NCBI GenBank assembly: GCA_045534225.1
Contig: JAZSJJ010000009.1
Location: 7,543 to 71,542 of the forward strand
Reading direction: 5' to 3'
Length of the DNA stretch: 64,000 nucleotides
Source: Clostridia bacterium
Lineage (GTDB): Bacteria; Bacillota; Clostridia; TANB77; CAG-465
Below, in pieces: positions 9,336-19,294 of the stretch. The notes under the pieces are model-generated. The model did no database searches. It saw only the letters and a list, made by a program, of their open reading frames with translations, and had not been told where the DNA came from. How positions within the stretch are numbered: position 1 is the stretch's first letter; the number at the start of each line of letters is the position of its first letter. A program made the translations under genes and the position numbers.

Positions 9336-11283
9336 AGCTGTTTTTTAACTCATTTATTAAATCTCTTAATACTGCTGCTTTTTCAAACTCATATTTTCTA
9401 GCATACTCAAACATTTCTTTAGTAAGTCTATCTATAGTTTCTTCTAATGTTTCACCTTTTTCTTGTTCTATTACAGGTGCTTCTTCATCATTAAATACAG
9501 CTTTAACACTGTCTCTAACATCTTTAACAATACTCTTTGGAACAATACCATGTTTTTTGTTATATTCTTCTTGTATCTTTCTTCTTCTATTTGTTTCTCT
9601 TATTGCATTTTCCATGGAGTCTGTAAGTTCATCTGCATACATTATTACTTGCCCTTCAGAGTTTCTTGCTGCTCTACCTATTGTTTGTATTAGTGAACGC
9701 TCACTTCTTAAGAAGCCCTCTTTATCCGCATCAAGTATAGCTACTAAAGATACTTCTGGGATATCTAATCCTTCTCTTAAAAGGTTAATTCCAACTAGCA
9801 CATCAAACTTGCCTAGTCTTAGTTCACGAATTATTTCAAGTCTATCTAGTGCTTTTATGTCTGAGTGCATATATCTTACCTTGATACCTTTTTCTTCAAG
9901 ATAACTAGTAAGTTCCTCTGCCATCTTTTTAGTTAAAGTAGTAACTAAAACTCTTTCCTTCTTGGCAACTCTTTCATTAATGTTTTGTATTAAGTCTTCT
10001 ATTTGCCCATCAGTTTCTTTAACTGTAATCTTAGGATCTAAAAGTCCTGTTGGTCTTATTATTTGTTCTACTACTTGAGTAGAATTATTCTTTTCATAAT
10101 CTCCAGGAGTAGCGCTTACAAATATTAATTGTCTTGTTTTTTCTTCCCATTCCTTAAAAGATAATGGTCTATTATCCATAGCAGATGGAAGTCTAAATCC
10201 ATAATCTACAAGAGCTTGTTTTCTTGCTCTATCTCCGTTATACATACCACCTATTTGAGGTATTGTTACATGAGATTCATCTATTACTGTTAAATAGTCT
10301 TCTCCCATAAAGTCGAAAAGACAATATGGTGTACTTCCACGTTCTCTATCTGCCATATACACAGAATAGTTTTCTATTCCTTGACAAAAGCCTGTTTCTT
10401 GAAGCATTTCTATATCAAAATTAACACGTTGTTCCAAGCGATACGCTTCTACTATTTTTTCTTCTGCTCTTAGTTCGGCAAGTCTTTCATCTAATTCTTC
10501 TTTAATTCTAGCTATTGCTTTATTTACTTTGTCTCTAGATGTTACATAGTGAGATTTTGGATATATTAATTCATGATCAATTCTTGCTATTGTCTTACCG
10601 GAGATAGGTTCAATAAATGTAAGTTTATCTATTTCATCTCCAAAGAATTCTATACGAAGTGCATGTTCATTGTTACCTACTTCATATACATCTATAATGT
10701 CTCCCTTAACTCTAAATGTACCACGTAAGAATTCCATATCCGAACGTGTATATTGCATCTCAATTAATTTTTCCATTACTTGTTCACGAGATTTTTGCAT
10801 TCCAGGTCTAACAGATAATGTATGGTCCCTATATTCTTCTGGTGAACCTAATGCATATATAGCTGAAACAGAAGCGATTATTATTATATCTTTTCTTTCA
10901 AAGACAGCTGCTGTAGCGCTATGTCTCATTCTATCTATTTCATCATTTATACTACTATCTTTTTCTATATATGTATCCGTTGCTGCAATATATGCTTCTG
11001 GTTGGAAGTAATCGTAATAGCTAATAAAATACTCAACTGCATTTTCAGGGAAGAACTCCTTGAATTCCGAATACAATTGTCCTGCTAGTGTTTTGTTATG
11101 TGCCATTATTATAGTAGGTTTATTTACCTCAGCTATAACATTAGCAACCGTAAAAGTCTTACCACTACCTGTTACACCAAGTAGTGTTTGTCCTCTATCT
11201 CCTCTTTTTATTCCTTCCACCAAAGCTTTAATTGCTTCTGGTTGGTCTCCTGTTGGTTCAAAATTTGATACTAATTTAAACAT
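9334..11283 (-). CDS. uvrB: Excinuclease ABC subunit B
   Basis: [47 protein letters not shown] domain tail. Confidence 0.98.
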   Translation of the reverse strand: MFKLVSNFEPTGDQPEAIKALVEGIKRGDRGQTLLGVTGSGKTFTVANVIAEVNKPTIIMAHNKTLAGQLYSEFKEFFPENAVEYFISYYDYFQPEAYIAATDTYIEKDSSINDEIDRMRHSATAAVFERKDIIIIASVSAIYALGSPEEYRDHTLSVRPGMQKSREQVMEKLIEMQYTRSDMEFLRGTFRVKGDIIDVYEVGNNEHALRIEFFGDEIDKLTFIEPISGKTIARIDHELIYPKSHYVTSRDKVNKAIARIKEELDERLAELRAEEKIVEAYRLEQRVNFDIEMLQETGFCQGIENYSVYMADRERGSTPYCLFDFMGEDYLTVIDESHVTIPQIGGMYNGDRARKQALVDYGFRLPSAMDNRPLSFKEWEEKTRQLIFVSATPGDYEKNNSTQVVEQIIRPTGLLDPKITVKETDGQIEDLIQNINERVAKKERVLVTTLTKKMAEELTSYLEEKGIKVRYMHSDIKALDRLEIIRELRLGKFDVLVGINLLREGLDIPEVSLVAILDADKEGFLRSERSLIQTIGRAARNSEGQVIMYADELTDSMENAIRETNRRRKIQEEYNKKHGIVPKSIVKDVRDSVKAVFNDEEAPVIEQEKGETLEETIDRLTKEMFEYARKYEFEKAAVLRDLINELKNS

Positions 11284-11340
11284 GTCTTCTCCTTTTTCAG
11301 CTTGTACAAAATATACAACAACTGAATTTATATATTATAT

Positions 11341-12096
11341 CTAATCTATTTGTTTTGCATGTAACACTATCCTATATGCGTTATTATCTGCACAAGTAGA
11401 TAATGTTAATATGTTATCTTGTTCATCTATTTCTGTTCCAAAATCTTTTATGCTTCTATCTTTTAGTGTATTTATAAATTGCTCAAATTCGTTTTCTTTA
11501 AACTCAGTATCTATATAATAATCTTCCGTCTTTATTTTATATACTGAAAATACTTTGTACTTTTTCTCTTCTTTTTCTGTTGTTAAATTTATTATATAAT
11601 TTTCTTCATTGTTATACCATTCTTCTTTTAATATGTTTTTTAATGTTCCAAACATTGAATCATTTTTCATATTATGTCCATATATTACAATGTTTTTATC
11701 CGTTCCATCTAGTTTGTTTTTATAGTCCATAAATATTGAACCGCCAACATTATATTTTTTATCTAAGCTTTTTCTTAAATAATAACTATTATCTTTTGCT
11801 TGCACTACTGCATATTCTATTTTTGTTCCATTTACCTTTAAGTATGCTACTATTTGATTATTTATTTCTTTTAACTTAACAAAATCTACTTTATACTCTA
11901 CTTCTTCGTCTTTGCTTTCGTTAATTTCTATTATAGCCTCCAATACTTTATCTGATATCTCTTTGTTTTCTTTGTTATCCATAAACCACTTAGCAGTACA
12001 ACCAATAGAAATTATTAATATTATTATAAATAACAGTATTAATATGTTTAGAAATATTTCTTTTACGCTTCTATTTTTTATTCTCTGTTCTTCCAT
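11341..12096 (-). CDS. srtB: Class B sortase
   Basis: N-terminal TM, IYGHNMKNDSMFGTL, TLSTC and downstream Arg (YRIVLHA). Confidence 0.93.
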   Translation of the reverse strand: MEEQRIKNRSVKEIFLNILILLFIIILIISIGCTAKWFMDNKENKEISDKVLEAIIEINESKDEEVEYKVDFVKLKEINNQIVAYLKVNGTKIEYAVVQAKDNSYYLRKSLDKKYNVGGSIFMDYKNKLDGTDKNIVIYGHNMKNDSMFGTLKNILKEEWYNNEENYIINLTTEKEEKKYKVFSVYKIKTEDYYIDTEFKENEFEQFINTLKDRSIKDFGTEIDEQDNILTLSTCADNNAYRIVLHAKQID

Positions 12097-12117
12097 AAAA
12101 CACTCCCTATAAAAAAC

Positions 12118-12137
12118 GAACTAGCTTTCACTAGTTC
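12118..12137 (-). terminator. Short hairpin between surface protein and sortase
   Basis: GAACTAG-CTTTCA-CTAGTTC preceded by an A-run on + strand. Confidence 0.5.
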
Positions 12138-12150
12138 ATTATATCATATG

Positions 12151-14037
12151 TTAATTGTTTTTTATAGCTTTTTTAGCTCTTATTGTTATTATTAAACCTA
12201 CGCTAGATACAAAAGCTAACATTAAATATAGCATTATATTATCTCCTGTTGGTGGATTATTTGAAATTTCGACAGTTACAGTGCTAATATTTCCTGCTTT
12301 ATCTGTTGCTACTATTTTATAAGTACCAAGATTAGTTTTCTTAAGAGTTATTTTATTTGTTACTTCTTCTCCGTTTAATGTTACTTTATCTAGGTTCTCA
12401 TCAGATATTGTAATTGTTTTTGTAGAATTATATATTTTTCCATCTTCAACTCCACTTATCTTAGGAGCTACTGTATCAAATACTAGTCCGTTAGTAGATA
12501 ATAGTGCCGTGTTATTAGCTTTATCTGTAATTCTTACATAGTAAATTAACTTATTGTTTTCTGCTTTTAAGTTGAGTTTTCCATCAATAACTGTTTCCCA
12601 CTTTTCATCTTCTAGCAAATTAGCATCTATTATTTCTTCACTTCTATAGTATTCTATTTTATCTACTCCAGATAAATTATCATTAACAGATATTTGTAAT
12701 ATTTGATCTGTATTAAAGAATAATTCAAATGTAATAGGTTCAACTATTTGATTCCAATTAGCACTAGCTATTCCATTTATGCTAACTGTTCCCACAGGCG
12801 CTATTGTATCGGCTACGACAACATTTACTTTTCCTTCAACTGTGTTATAGTTATTATCTTCTGGAGTAAAAACATATTCTACTTCATTGTTTCCATATAC
12901 TATTGTTTGGCCATCTTTAATTTTTAGAATTCCTTTTAATGTTGTGTTAGTTCTACTTAGAACAACTTGAGAAATATCTGTTGTATTATTAAGCACTTGT
13001 GCAGTTACTTCACCAATATCTGTATTTGCCTTAGAAATACTAACGGTAATAAACTGTTTAGTACTGTCTAAATGATTAGCGTCTCCTTTTACATAGTACC
13101 AAACTGTATATTCTCCCGCATTTTTTGCCTTTGGAATGTTTTCACTATACGTTCCATTTTCTTCAAGACTATACATTAATGTACCTTCTGTACTAGTCCC
13201 TTTATTTACAAGTTCTTGTTGTTTCTCATTATATGTTAATGTCTTTGCCGTAGGAGCAGTATAAGTTGCTTCTGGCTTTAATTCTGTTGCTATTGTTATA
13301 GTAACTGGTCTTTCAATTGAATTTACATTTACTTTTCCGTCTTGCTCTGAATAATTTGTACCATAGCTTGCAGATATGCTTTTTACTTTATATCTGCTAT
13401 CTGTAATAGTATAATTTATACTTGTATTTCCACCATAAGTTACTGCATATTTATTATTGTTTATAGCCGTACTTTGTGAAACAGTATAACTTACGCCATC
13501 TCCAGCATTTACAGTAACAATTGGTTTAAATATAGCACTTAAGTAATATGTACCTTTCCACAAGTCTTCTTTATATACACTCATAGATCCAGCAGCATAA
13601 TATTTTCCTGATACTACTTTTTCATCAGCATTTCTTTCAAAGTAATTTAAATCATCATCGTATTTTGGATTTGCTTTATCACTAGTTACAACTCCTGCTC
13701 CTAGTTGACTACCTTTATACCAAGTACGCCAACCATCAAAATACCAATTACTGCTATCATAAGAAGGTATTTCAAAAATTGCCATATTATCATTAATTTC
13801 ATATTTAATAGTGTCCGAAACATTAGGTGTACTATATACCAAAATTGTAGAATCATAACCACCTTCAAAAGTACCTGTTATTATATCTGTTAGAACATGT
13901 CCTTCCGCTCCAGGTACAGACGTATTTACCGCACTAACTGTCACTGGTAATATGCTTAAAAGCATACTTATGCACAAGAAAATTATCAATGTTCTTTTTA
14001 ATATGTTCTTATTTTTCATAAACCTTCTTCCTTTCAT
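12151..14037 (-). CDS. Cell-wall-anchored surface protein with NPPTG sorting signal
   Basis: Signal peptide; Ig/MBG-like repeats (APTAKTLTYN...AGEYTVWYYVKGD); C-terminal NNPPTGD + hydrophobic helix + basic tail; directly upstream of srtB. Confidence 0.85.
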   Translation of the reverse strand: MKGRRFMKNKNILKRTLIIFLCISMLLSILPVTVSAVNTSVPGAEGHVLTDIITGTFEGGYDSTILVYSTPNVSDTIKYEINDNMAIFEIPSYDSSNWYFDGWRTWYKGSQLGAGVVTSDKANPKYDDDLNYFERNADEKVVSGKYYAAGSMSVYKEDLWKGTYYLSAIFKPIVTVNAGDGVSYTVSQSTAINNNKYAVTYGGNTSINYTITDSRYKVKSISASYGTNYSEQDGKVNVNSIERPVTITIATELKPEATYTAPTAKTLTYNEKQQELVNKGTSTEGTLMYSLEENGTYSENIPKAKNAGEYTVWYYVKGDANHLDSTKQFITVSISKANTDIGEVTAQVLNNTTDISQVVLSRTNTTLKGILKIKDGQTIVYGNNEVEYVFTPEDNNYNTVEGKVNVVVADTIAPVGTVSINGIASANWNQIVEPITFELFFNTDQILQISVNDNLSGVDKIEYYRSEEIIDANLLEDEKWETVIDGKLNLKAENNKLIYYVRITDKANNTALLSTNGLVFDTVAPKISGVEDGKIYNSTKTITISDENLDKVTLNGEEVTNKITLKKTNLGTYKIVATDKAGNISTVTVEISNNPPTGDNIMLYLMLAFVSSVGLIITIRAKKAIKNN

Positions 14038-14193
14038 ACGTTAACCTCTTAAATCGTCTTATATAATTTACAATATATTTATCACATTTCTTGTTTTTTC
14101 ACAATATTTTTTATATTATTTACAATTCTTTTATGTGATATGCATCTTTACATATCTACTTAAACTATTTTGCACTATTAAAACATATATTTT

Positions 14194-15672
14194 TTATTTT
14201 GCATTATTAAATTCTAATATCTCTTTTGAATTTTCTGTTACAAGATAATATATAACATCTTTTTGCATTTTGTTATTTATATATATATAATTCTTACATT
14301 CTAGTTCTTTACCATTTGTTTCAAATATCACATTATTATTTTCATCTACTATCTTAAAACCATTTAAATTATTAATAATTGCATATGGCGTTTTTGTAGC
14401 CTCTAATGTCTTTTGATAATTTGTTGTTAAGAAAAACTTATCTGAATTTTGTGCTAAAATTATTTCACCTTCTAAAGTTATTGGCTTTGTTATATGAGCA
14501 TATGTTTCTATGTTATATGCATACACTTCTATTTTAGAATTATTTACACTAAATTCTCTAGATTGTATACCATTATCTCCCACCTTCATATACATACTAC
14601 TATTTGCTATGTCTATTTTCCCCATTATATCTAATGCATCACCATTAACATCAATATTAATATTACTCTTATCTACAAGTAATTTGCCTTTTTCTTCATC
14701 ACTTACAATATTTAGTGCGTCGTCATCACCTGAAATATTTAAATTAGATGATTTAATTATTATATTTTCTGCTTCTATTCCTTCGTAACAGTTTTTTATA
14801 TCTATGTTGCATTCTTCCAAAATTATTTCTGTATCTGAATTTATAGTATCATCGTTTGTATTCATTATGCCATTTGTTTTATGCATATTAATAGTTTTCT
14901 TTGCGTTAATTGTATCATCTATACTATCTATATCTAAATTAGATTCAATTACATTTAATGTTTCTTCTATATTCATTCCTTTACTCGAAACAGCAAGAGA
15001 ATATAGCTTATTATATTCTTCAAGATCTGATTTTGCCACCTTTATATATCTATTATTTATATAAGCATATCTGCCACTTTCGTTATCTTCAATATACGTT
15101 CCGTTTGTTTTAATTTTAATATCTACTTTATTTAATCCAAGTGCTTTTGCTTCTATTGCGTCAGAAGTAGAACTAATATTTAAATTAGCTTCTTCTACTT
15201 GCAACTCTCCATCTGTCTTAATTCCCTCATATGCATCTATATTTAGTTTTCCTGTACCTTTTATATTTATATCACATTTACTATATATACCTACTCCTTC
15301 TATAGACGAAATAGTGTTGTCTCCAATAACTTCTATAGTAATATCTTTTGCGTTTAGTATATTAATAGCATCTTTACCTCTTTCCAAAGAAAGGTTGTCT
15401 AATACAAGTTTAACCGATTTATTTGTATCTATTCTTACTTCATAATCTTTTGCAAGACCACTTAATATATATTTCCCACCTTGTGATATATATATAACAT
15501 TATCTTTTAATGTAACATTATCTGATATATTAACACTCGTATTGTTAAAAGTAATATTAAATTCTTTTTCATCCTGAATAAAAAATACACCTAACAAAAT
15601 TACAATTATAATAATTATACCTATTAGTATTTTCTTCATTAGCATCTTTTCTTTTTCCGTCATATGTTCCAC
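14194..15672 (-). CDS. Cthe_2159-like (DUF4353) beta-helix carbohydrate-binding protein
   Basis: N-terminal TM anchor, IYISQGGKYILSG, VKLVLDNLSL, repeated DD(T/A)I/CYEGIEAENI/GDALD motifs. Confidence 0.75.
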   Translation of the reverse strand: MEHMTEKEKMLMKKILIGIIIIIVILLGVFFIQDEKEFNITFNNTSVNISDNVTLKDNVIYISQGGKYILSGLAKDYEVRIDTNKSVKLVLDNLSLERGKDAINILNAKDITIEVIGDNTISSIEGVGIYSKCDINIKGTGKLNIDAYEGIKTDGELQVEEANLNISSTSDAIEAKALGLNKVDIKIKTNGTYIEDNESGRYAYINNRYIKVAKSDLEEYNKLYSLAVSSKGMNIEETLNVIESNLDIDSIDDTINAKKTINMHKTNGIMNTNDDTINSDTEIILEECNIDIKNCYEGIEAENIIIKSSNLNISGDDDALNIVSDEEKGKLLVDKSNINIDVNGDALDIMGKIDIANSSMYMKVGDNGIQSREFSVNNSKIEVYAYNIETYAHITKPITLEGEIILAQNSDKFFLTTNYQKTLEATKTPYAIINNLNGFKIVDENNNVIFETNGKELECKNYIYINNKMQKDVIYYLVTENSKEILEFNNAK

Positions 15673-15680
15673 CTAAAATC

Positions 15681-16472
15681 TTATACTAATTCTTTTCTAT
15701 CATATCTAAATAATGTAACTATAAATAGTATTAAAGATAATGTTACTGTTACAACTATCATAATAGGGTTTATACAAACTTCTGTCATTACATTACGTAT
15801 ATCTGCTAGTGTAAATGCAGATGTATACTTTAAGAATTCTAATTTTTCTCCCATAGTAGACAAGACTTGTAGCACATAACTTAGCATTACTATTCCTAAA
15901 CTTATTCCTAATGTCTTCTTAGTCTTATGTGTAAATGTAGATAAAAACATACATAAAAAGTATATTACTATTGCTGGTAATAATGGTGTTATACTAAGCA
16001 ATAGTAGAAGTTTTTCATCAAATTCTTCTGTTATACTTAATCCTATGAAGTTAAATATTCCAAGTAATGCTACCATTAAAACTATGTATATTAATCCTGC
16101 AAATACTTTACTTATAACAATCTTTGTTCTACTTACAGGTAAGCTATTTAAGTATTCTATTGTTTTATCACTTTCCTCTTTAAGTAGTATATTAGAACCT
16201 AATACTCCAGCATAGCATCCTATTATTAAAAGTATCATAACAAAGCCTTCAGATTTAAGCCAACCAAAAGCCGTATTAATTGAAGATATATCCATATTAA
16301 ATGCTTTTAACAAGTCTTCTGGAAACATCTTAAGCATTTCATCCATCATTTCTGCGCTTTCACCTGCTATTACATTAGGATAAATAACAAGTATTAAGAA
16401 AAACATACCAACAAGTATTGCTGTCCAAATTAAAAATCCTTTTAGGTTTATTTTCATTTCTCTCTTAAACAT
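15681..16472 (-). CDS. ABC-2 type exporter permease
   Basis: Six TM helices, KEESDKTIEYLNSLPVSRTKI motif, follows ABC ATPase. Confidence 0.88.
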   Translation of the reverse strand: MFKREMKINLKGFLIWTAILVGMFFLILVIYPNVIAGESAEMMDEMLKMFPEDLLKAFNMDISSINTAFGWLKSEGFVMILLIIGCYAGVLGSNILLKEESDKTIEYLNSLPVSRTKIVISKVFAGLIYIVLMVALLGIFNFIGLSITEEFDEKLLLLLSITPLLPAIVIYFLCMFLSTFTHKTKKTLGISLGIVMLSYVLQVLSTMGEKLEFLKYTSAFTLADIRNVMTEVCINPIMIVVTVTLSLILFIVTLFRYDRKELV

Positions 16473-16483
16473 ATTATTGCCTC

Positions 16484-17359
16484 CTATTCATAATAATGTA
16501 GGAAGATATCTTCTAGACTTGCTTCCTCTATTAAAATATCATCTATATCATATTTAGATATAACTTTTATTAACTCATTTGCAGGTAATACGTTTTTGAA
16601 CTTAACAGTATTCTTTTCCTTCTCTATGGCTTCTACTTTAAGTTCGGATAAAATAGCAGATACCTCTTTAGATTCAATTGTAACTAAATCTAAATTCTTC
16701 TTAAGAAGTTCTCCTATTTTTTCTACCTTTAAAAGCTTTCCATTTTTAATAATACCAACTCTATCACAAATCTTAGATATTTCACTTAATATGTGTGTAG
16801 AATAGAAAATTGTTGTTCCTTTTTTCTTTTCCTCTACAAGTAATTTATAAAACTCTTGTTGCATAATAGGATCTAGTCCACTTGTTGGTTCGTCTAATAT
16901 TAAAAGCTTTGGTTCATGCATAAACGCAAGAACAATTCCTAGCTTTTTAGAATTCCCTAAAGATAAATCTTCTACCTTTTTGCTCTCATCTAATTTTAAT
17001 CTTTCTACTAGTTCGCATCTTCTTTTATGTATGTCTTTGTTATAAAAAGATTCATGGTAATCTAGCATTTGCTTAACTGTTAAATCTTCATAAAGATTAA
17101 CTTCACTTGGAAGATATCCAATCATCTCTTTTATACTGGTATCATTTCTATTAAACTCTTTACCATTAACTAAAACGGTTCCCGCTGTTTTGTTTATTAA
17201 ATGCATTATAGAACGAATAGTAGTACTTTTACCTGCACCATTAGGTCCAATAAAGCCAAAGACTTCACCTTCATTTAAAGATAAAGATAAGTCTTCTACA
17301 CCTAATATTTTCCCATAATACTTAGTTAATCCTTTTATTTCTAACATTATGTTTTTCAT
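16484..17359 (-). CDS. ABC transporter ATP-binding protein
   Basis: GPNGAGKST Walker A, LSLGN signature, LILDEPT Walker B; RBS GGAGG before ATG 17359. Confidence 0.95.
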   Translation of the reverse strand: MKNIMLEIKGLTKYYGKILGVEDLSLSLNEGEVFGFIGPNGAGKSTTIRSIMHLINKTAGTVLVNGKEFNRNDTSIKEMIGYLPSEVNLYEDLTVKQMLDYHESFYNKDIHKRRCELVERLKLDESKKVEDLSLGNSKKLGIVLAFMHEPKLLILDEPTSGLDPIMQQEFYKLLVEEKKKGTTIFYSTHILSEISKICDRVGIIKNGKLLKVEKIGELLKKNLDLVTIESKEVSAILSELKVEAIEKEKNTVKFKNVLPANELIKVISKYDIDDILIEEASLEDIFLHYYE

Positions 17360-17374
17360 ATATACCTCCATTTA

Positions 17375-17707
17375 TTAACTTTCTAAATATCTAACTGTCT
17401 TTCCTGTGTTTTCTGCATAAGCTATTTCAGACTTTGTACTTTCACCAATGTAACCACCAACATTTATAACAAATATTTCATCTGCCATATCTATCTTTCT
17501 TTTATGCATATCATCTAACATTTCTTTAGTTTTAGTAAGAGTTCCTTCATCCATACTCTCCCAAACTTCATTATCTCCAGAATGTCCAAACAGTCCTACA
17601 GAAACTACTATATTACCATCTAATGTTAACCTTTTTTGTTCTCTTAAAAACTCATCCTTAAATTTAGTAGAACCACATAATGTTATTACTTTATATTTTC
17701 CAACCAT
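17375..17707 (-). CDS. Conserved hypothetical protein (ITLCGSTKF family; possibly NDT/SLOG-like)
   Basis: ITLCGSTKFK, HKRKIDMADEIFVINVGGYIGESTKSEI match a widespread small-protein family; fold assignment is inference. Confidence 0.6.
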   Translation of the reverse strand: MVGKYKVITLCGSTKFKDEFLREQKRLTLDGNIVVSVGLFGHSGDNEVWESMDEGTLTKTKEMLDDMHKRKIDMADEIFVINVGGYIGESTKSEIAYAENTGKTVRYLES

Positions 17708-17739
17708 ATATTGTTTACCTCTTTTATTTGTTTTAATTA

Positions 17740-18249
17740 TTACTTCTTATCTTTATATTGTTTCAAATAGTTTTTCATTAAATCATATGAAGGATTTATT
17801 GAAGGTACTACTATTCCTTTTTCTATCATATTATCAAATTCTTCCATAGTTACTAGTTTAGCATCTGCTACTTCCTCTTCTTGGAATACTAACTCATCTA
17901 CATTTACTTCCTGTTCTACAAGCCATACATCTACTATGTCTCTTGTACGTGTGTAACTTCCAACATAGTACATATTATTTTCTTCTACAGTTAGATTTAA
18001 TTCTTCCATACATTCTTTAATAACTGTTTCTTTGCTTGTATCTCCTGCTACTACTCCGCCACCCACTTGAGCCCACATACCAGGGAATTTATCTTCCTGT
18101 TCTGAACGTTTAAGTACAAGAATTCTTCCTTCTAAATCCCTTACCCAAATGTGTGTAGAAATTCTGTATTCTCCAGATTCTACTTCTTTTCTTCCTTTAG
18201 TTATGCCTGTACATTCTCTAAATCTGTTGTAGATATCCACCTTTTCCAT
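17740..18249 (-). CDS. NUDIX hydrolase
   Basis: GGGVVAGDTSKETVIKECMEELNL Nudix box; LVFQEEEVADAK. Confidence 0.9.
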   Translation of the reverse strand: MEKVDIYNRFRECTGITKGRKEVESGEYRISTHIWVRDLEGRILVLKRSEQEDKFPGMWAQVGGGVVAGDTSKETVIKECMEELNLTVEENNMYYVGSYTRTRDIVDVWLVEQEVNVDELVFQEEEVADAKLVTMEEFDNMIEKGIVVPSINPSYDLMKNYLKQYKDKK

Positions 18250-18299
18250 AGAAAACCCTCCTTTAATATCTTATTTTAATTTTATTTTATTAAACTATA

Positions 18300-19202
18300 T
18301 TAGTGATGATGGTGGTGATGATGACCATGTGAGTGTTCTTCTTTATGCTCTATCTCGCATCCATCATGTTCACACTTGTTATATTCTATTTCTATAGTAG
18401 AATGTGTAAGATTATATTTTTCTAATACTTCTCTTATTTTATGTTTTGCGTGTTCTATATCTTTGTTTTCTTCATCTAATACCGCATGAAGTGTTATATA
18501 ATGGTGTATATTATCCATAGTCCATATATGCATATGATGTACATCTTTTATTTCTTCTAATTCATTTAATTCATGTGTTAGTTTTTCCATATCTACGTCA
18601 CTTGGAGCCTTTTCTAGTAGCACTTCAAATACCTCTTTAATATTTCTATATACGTGATAAAGAATGTACATTGTTATACCAATAGATAGTATTGGATCTA
18701 TTATATATAACCCTGTAAACTTAATTACTACACTTCCTGCTAGAACTGCCACCCATCCTAATACATCTTCAATTAAATGAAGATTAATAGCTTTCTCATT
18801 TAAATTATGGCTATGTGATGTTCTTGCTGCTGCAATTAGATTTACTACTACACCTAGTATACCTAGAATTATCATACCAGTATGATTTACTTCAGTTGGA
18901 TTCATTAATCTTGGCACTGCGTTTATTATTACAAATATTGCTCCAACAAGTAATATTACTGATGTAAGTAACGCACTTAATAATGAATATCTAAGATATC
19001 CATATGTATATTTAGTATCTGGCTTTTTATTAGATTTCTTCTCTAAGAAAAATGCCATTCCTATACTTAACGCATCTCCAAAATCATGAACAGAGTCTGA
19101 TACTATAGAGATACTATTTGTCACAAATCCACCTATAAGCTCAACTATTGCAAATAGCAAGTTTAATATAAACGCTATAAATATATTTTTTTCAGATTTC
19201 AT
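18300..19202 (-). CDS. czcD: Cation diffusion facilitator, CzcD/ZitB-like, with His-rich tail
   Basis: SDSVHDFGD, YTYGYLR, HLIEDVLGW, VHHMHIW, C-terminal HSHGHHHHHH; start set at ATG 19202 after GGGGG RBS. Confidence 0.88.
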   Translation of the reverse strand: MKSEKNIFIAFILNLLFAIVELIGGFVTNSISIVSDSVHDFGDALSIGMAFFLEKKSNKKPDTKYTYGYLRYSLLSALLTSVILLVGAIFVIINAVPRLMNPTEVNHTGMIILGILGVVVNLIAAARTSHSHNLNEKAINLHLIEDVLGWVAVLAGSVVIKFTGLYIIDPILSIGITMYILYHVYRNIKEVFEVLLEKAPSDVDMEKLTHELNELEEIKDVHHMHIWTMDNIHHYITLHAVLDEENKDIEHAKHKIREVLEKYNLTHSTIEIEYNKCEHDGCEIEHKEEHSHGHHHHHHH

Positions 19203-19294
19203 ATTACCCCCATTAAAATCTTTGTTTCTTTTATAATAATTTACTTTGTAATTATATAACAAGGTATAAAAAAATAAAAGGTCATAACGACCTT

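Noticed and set aside
11283-11341. LexA (Cheo) box upstream of uvrB
   Set aside because: No GAAC-N4-GTTC match; only an imperfect inverted repeat that may be a terminator.
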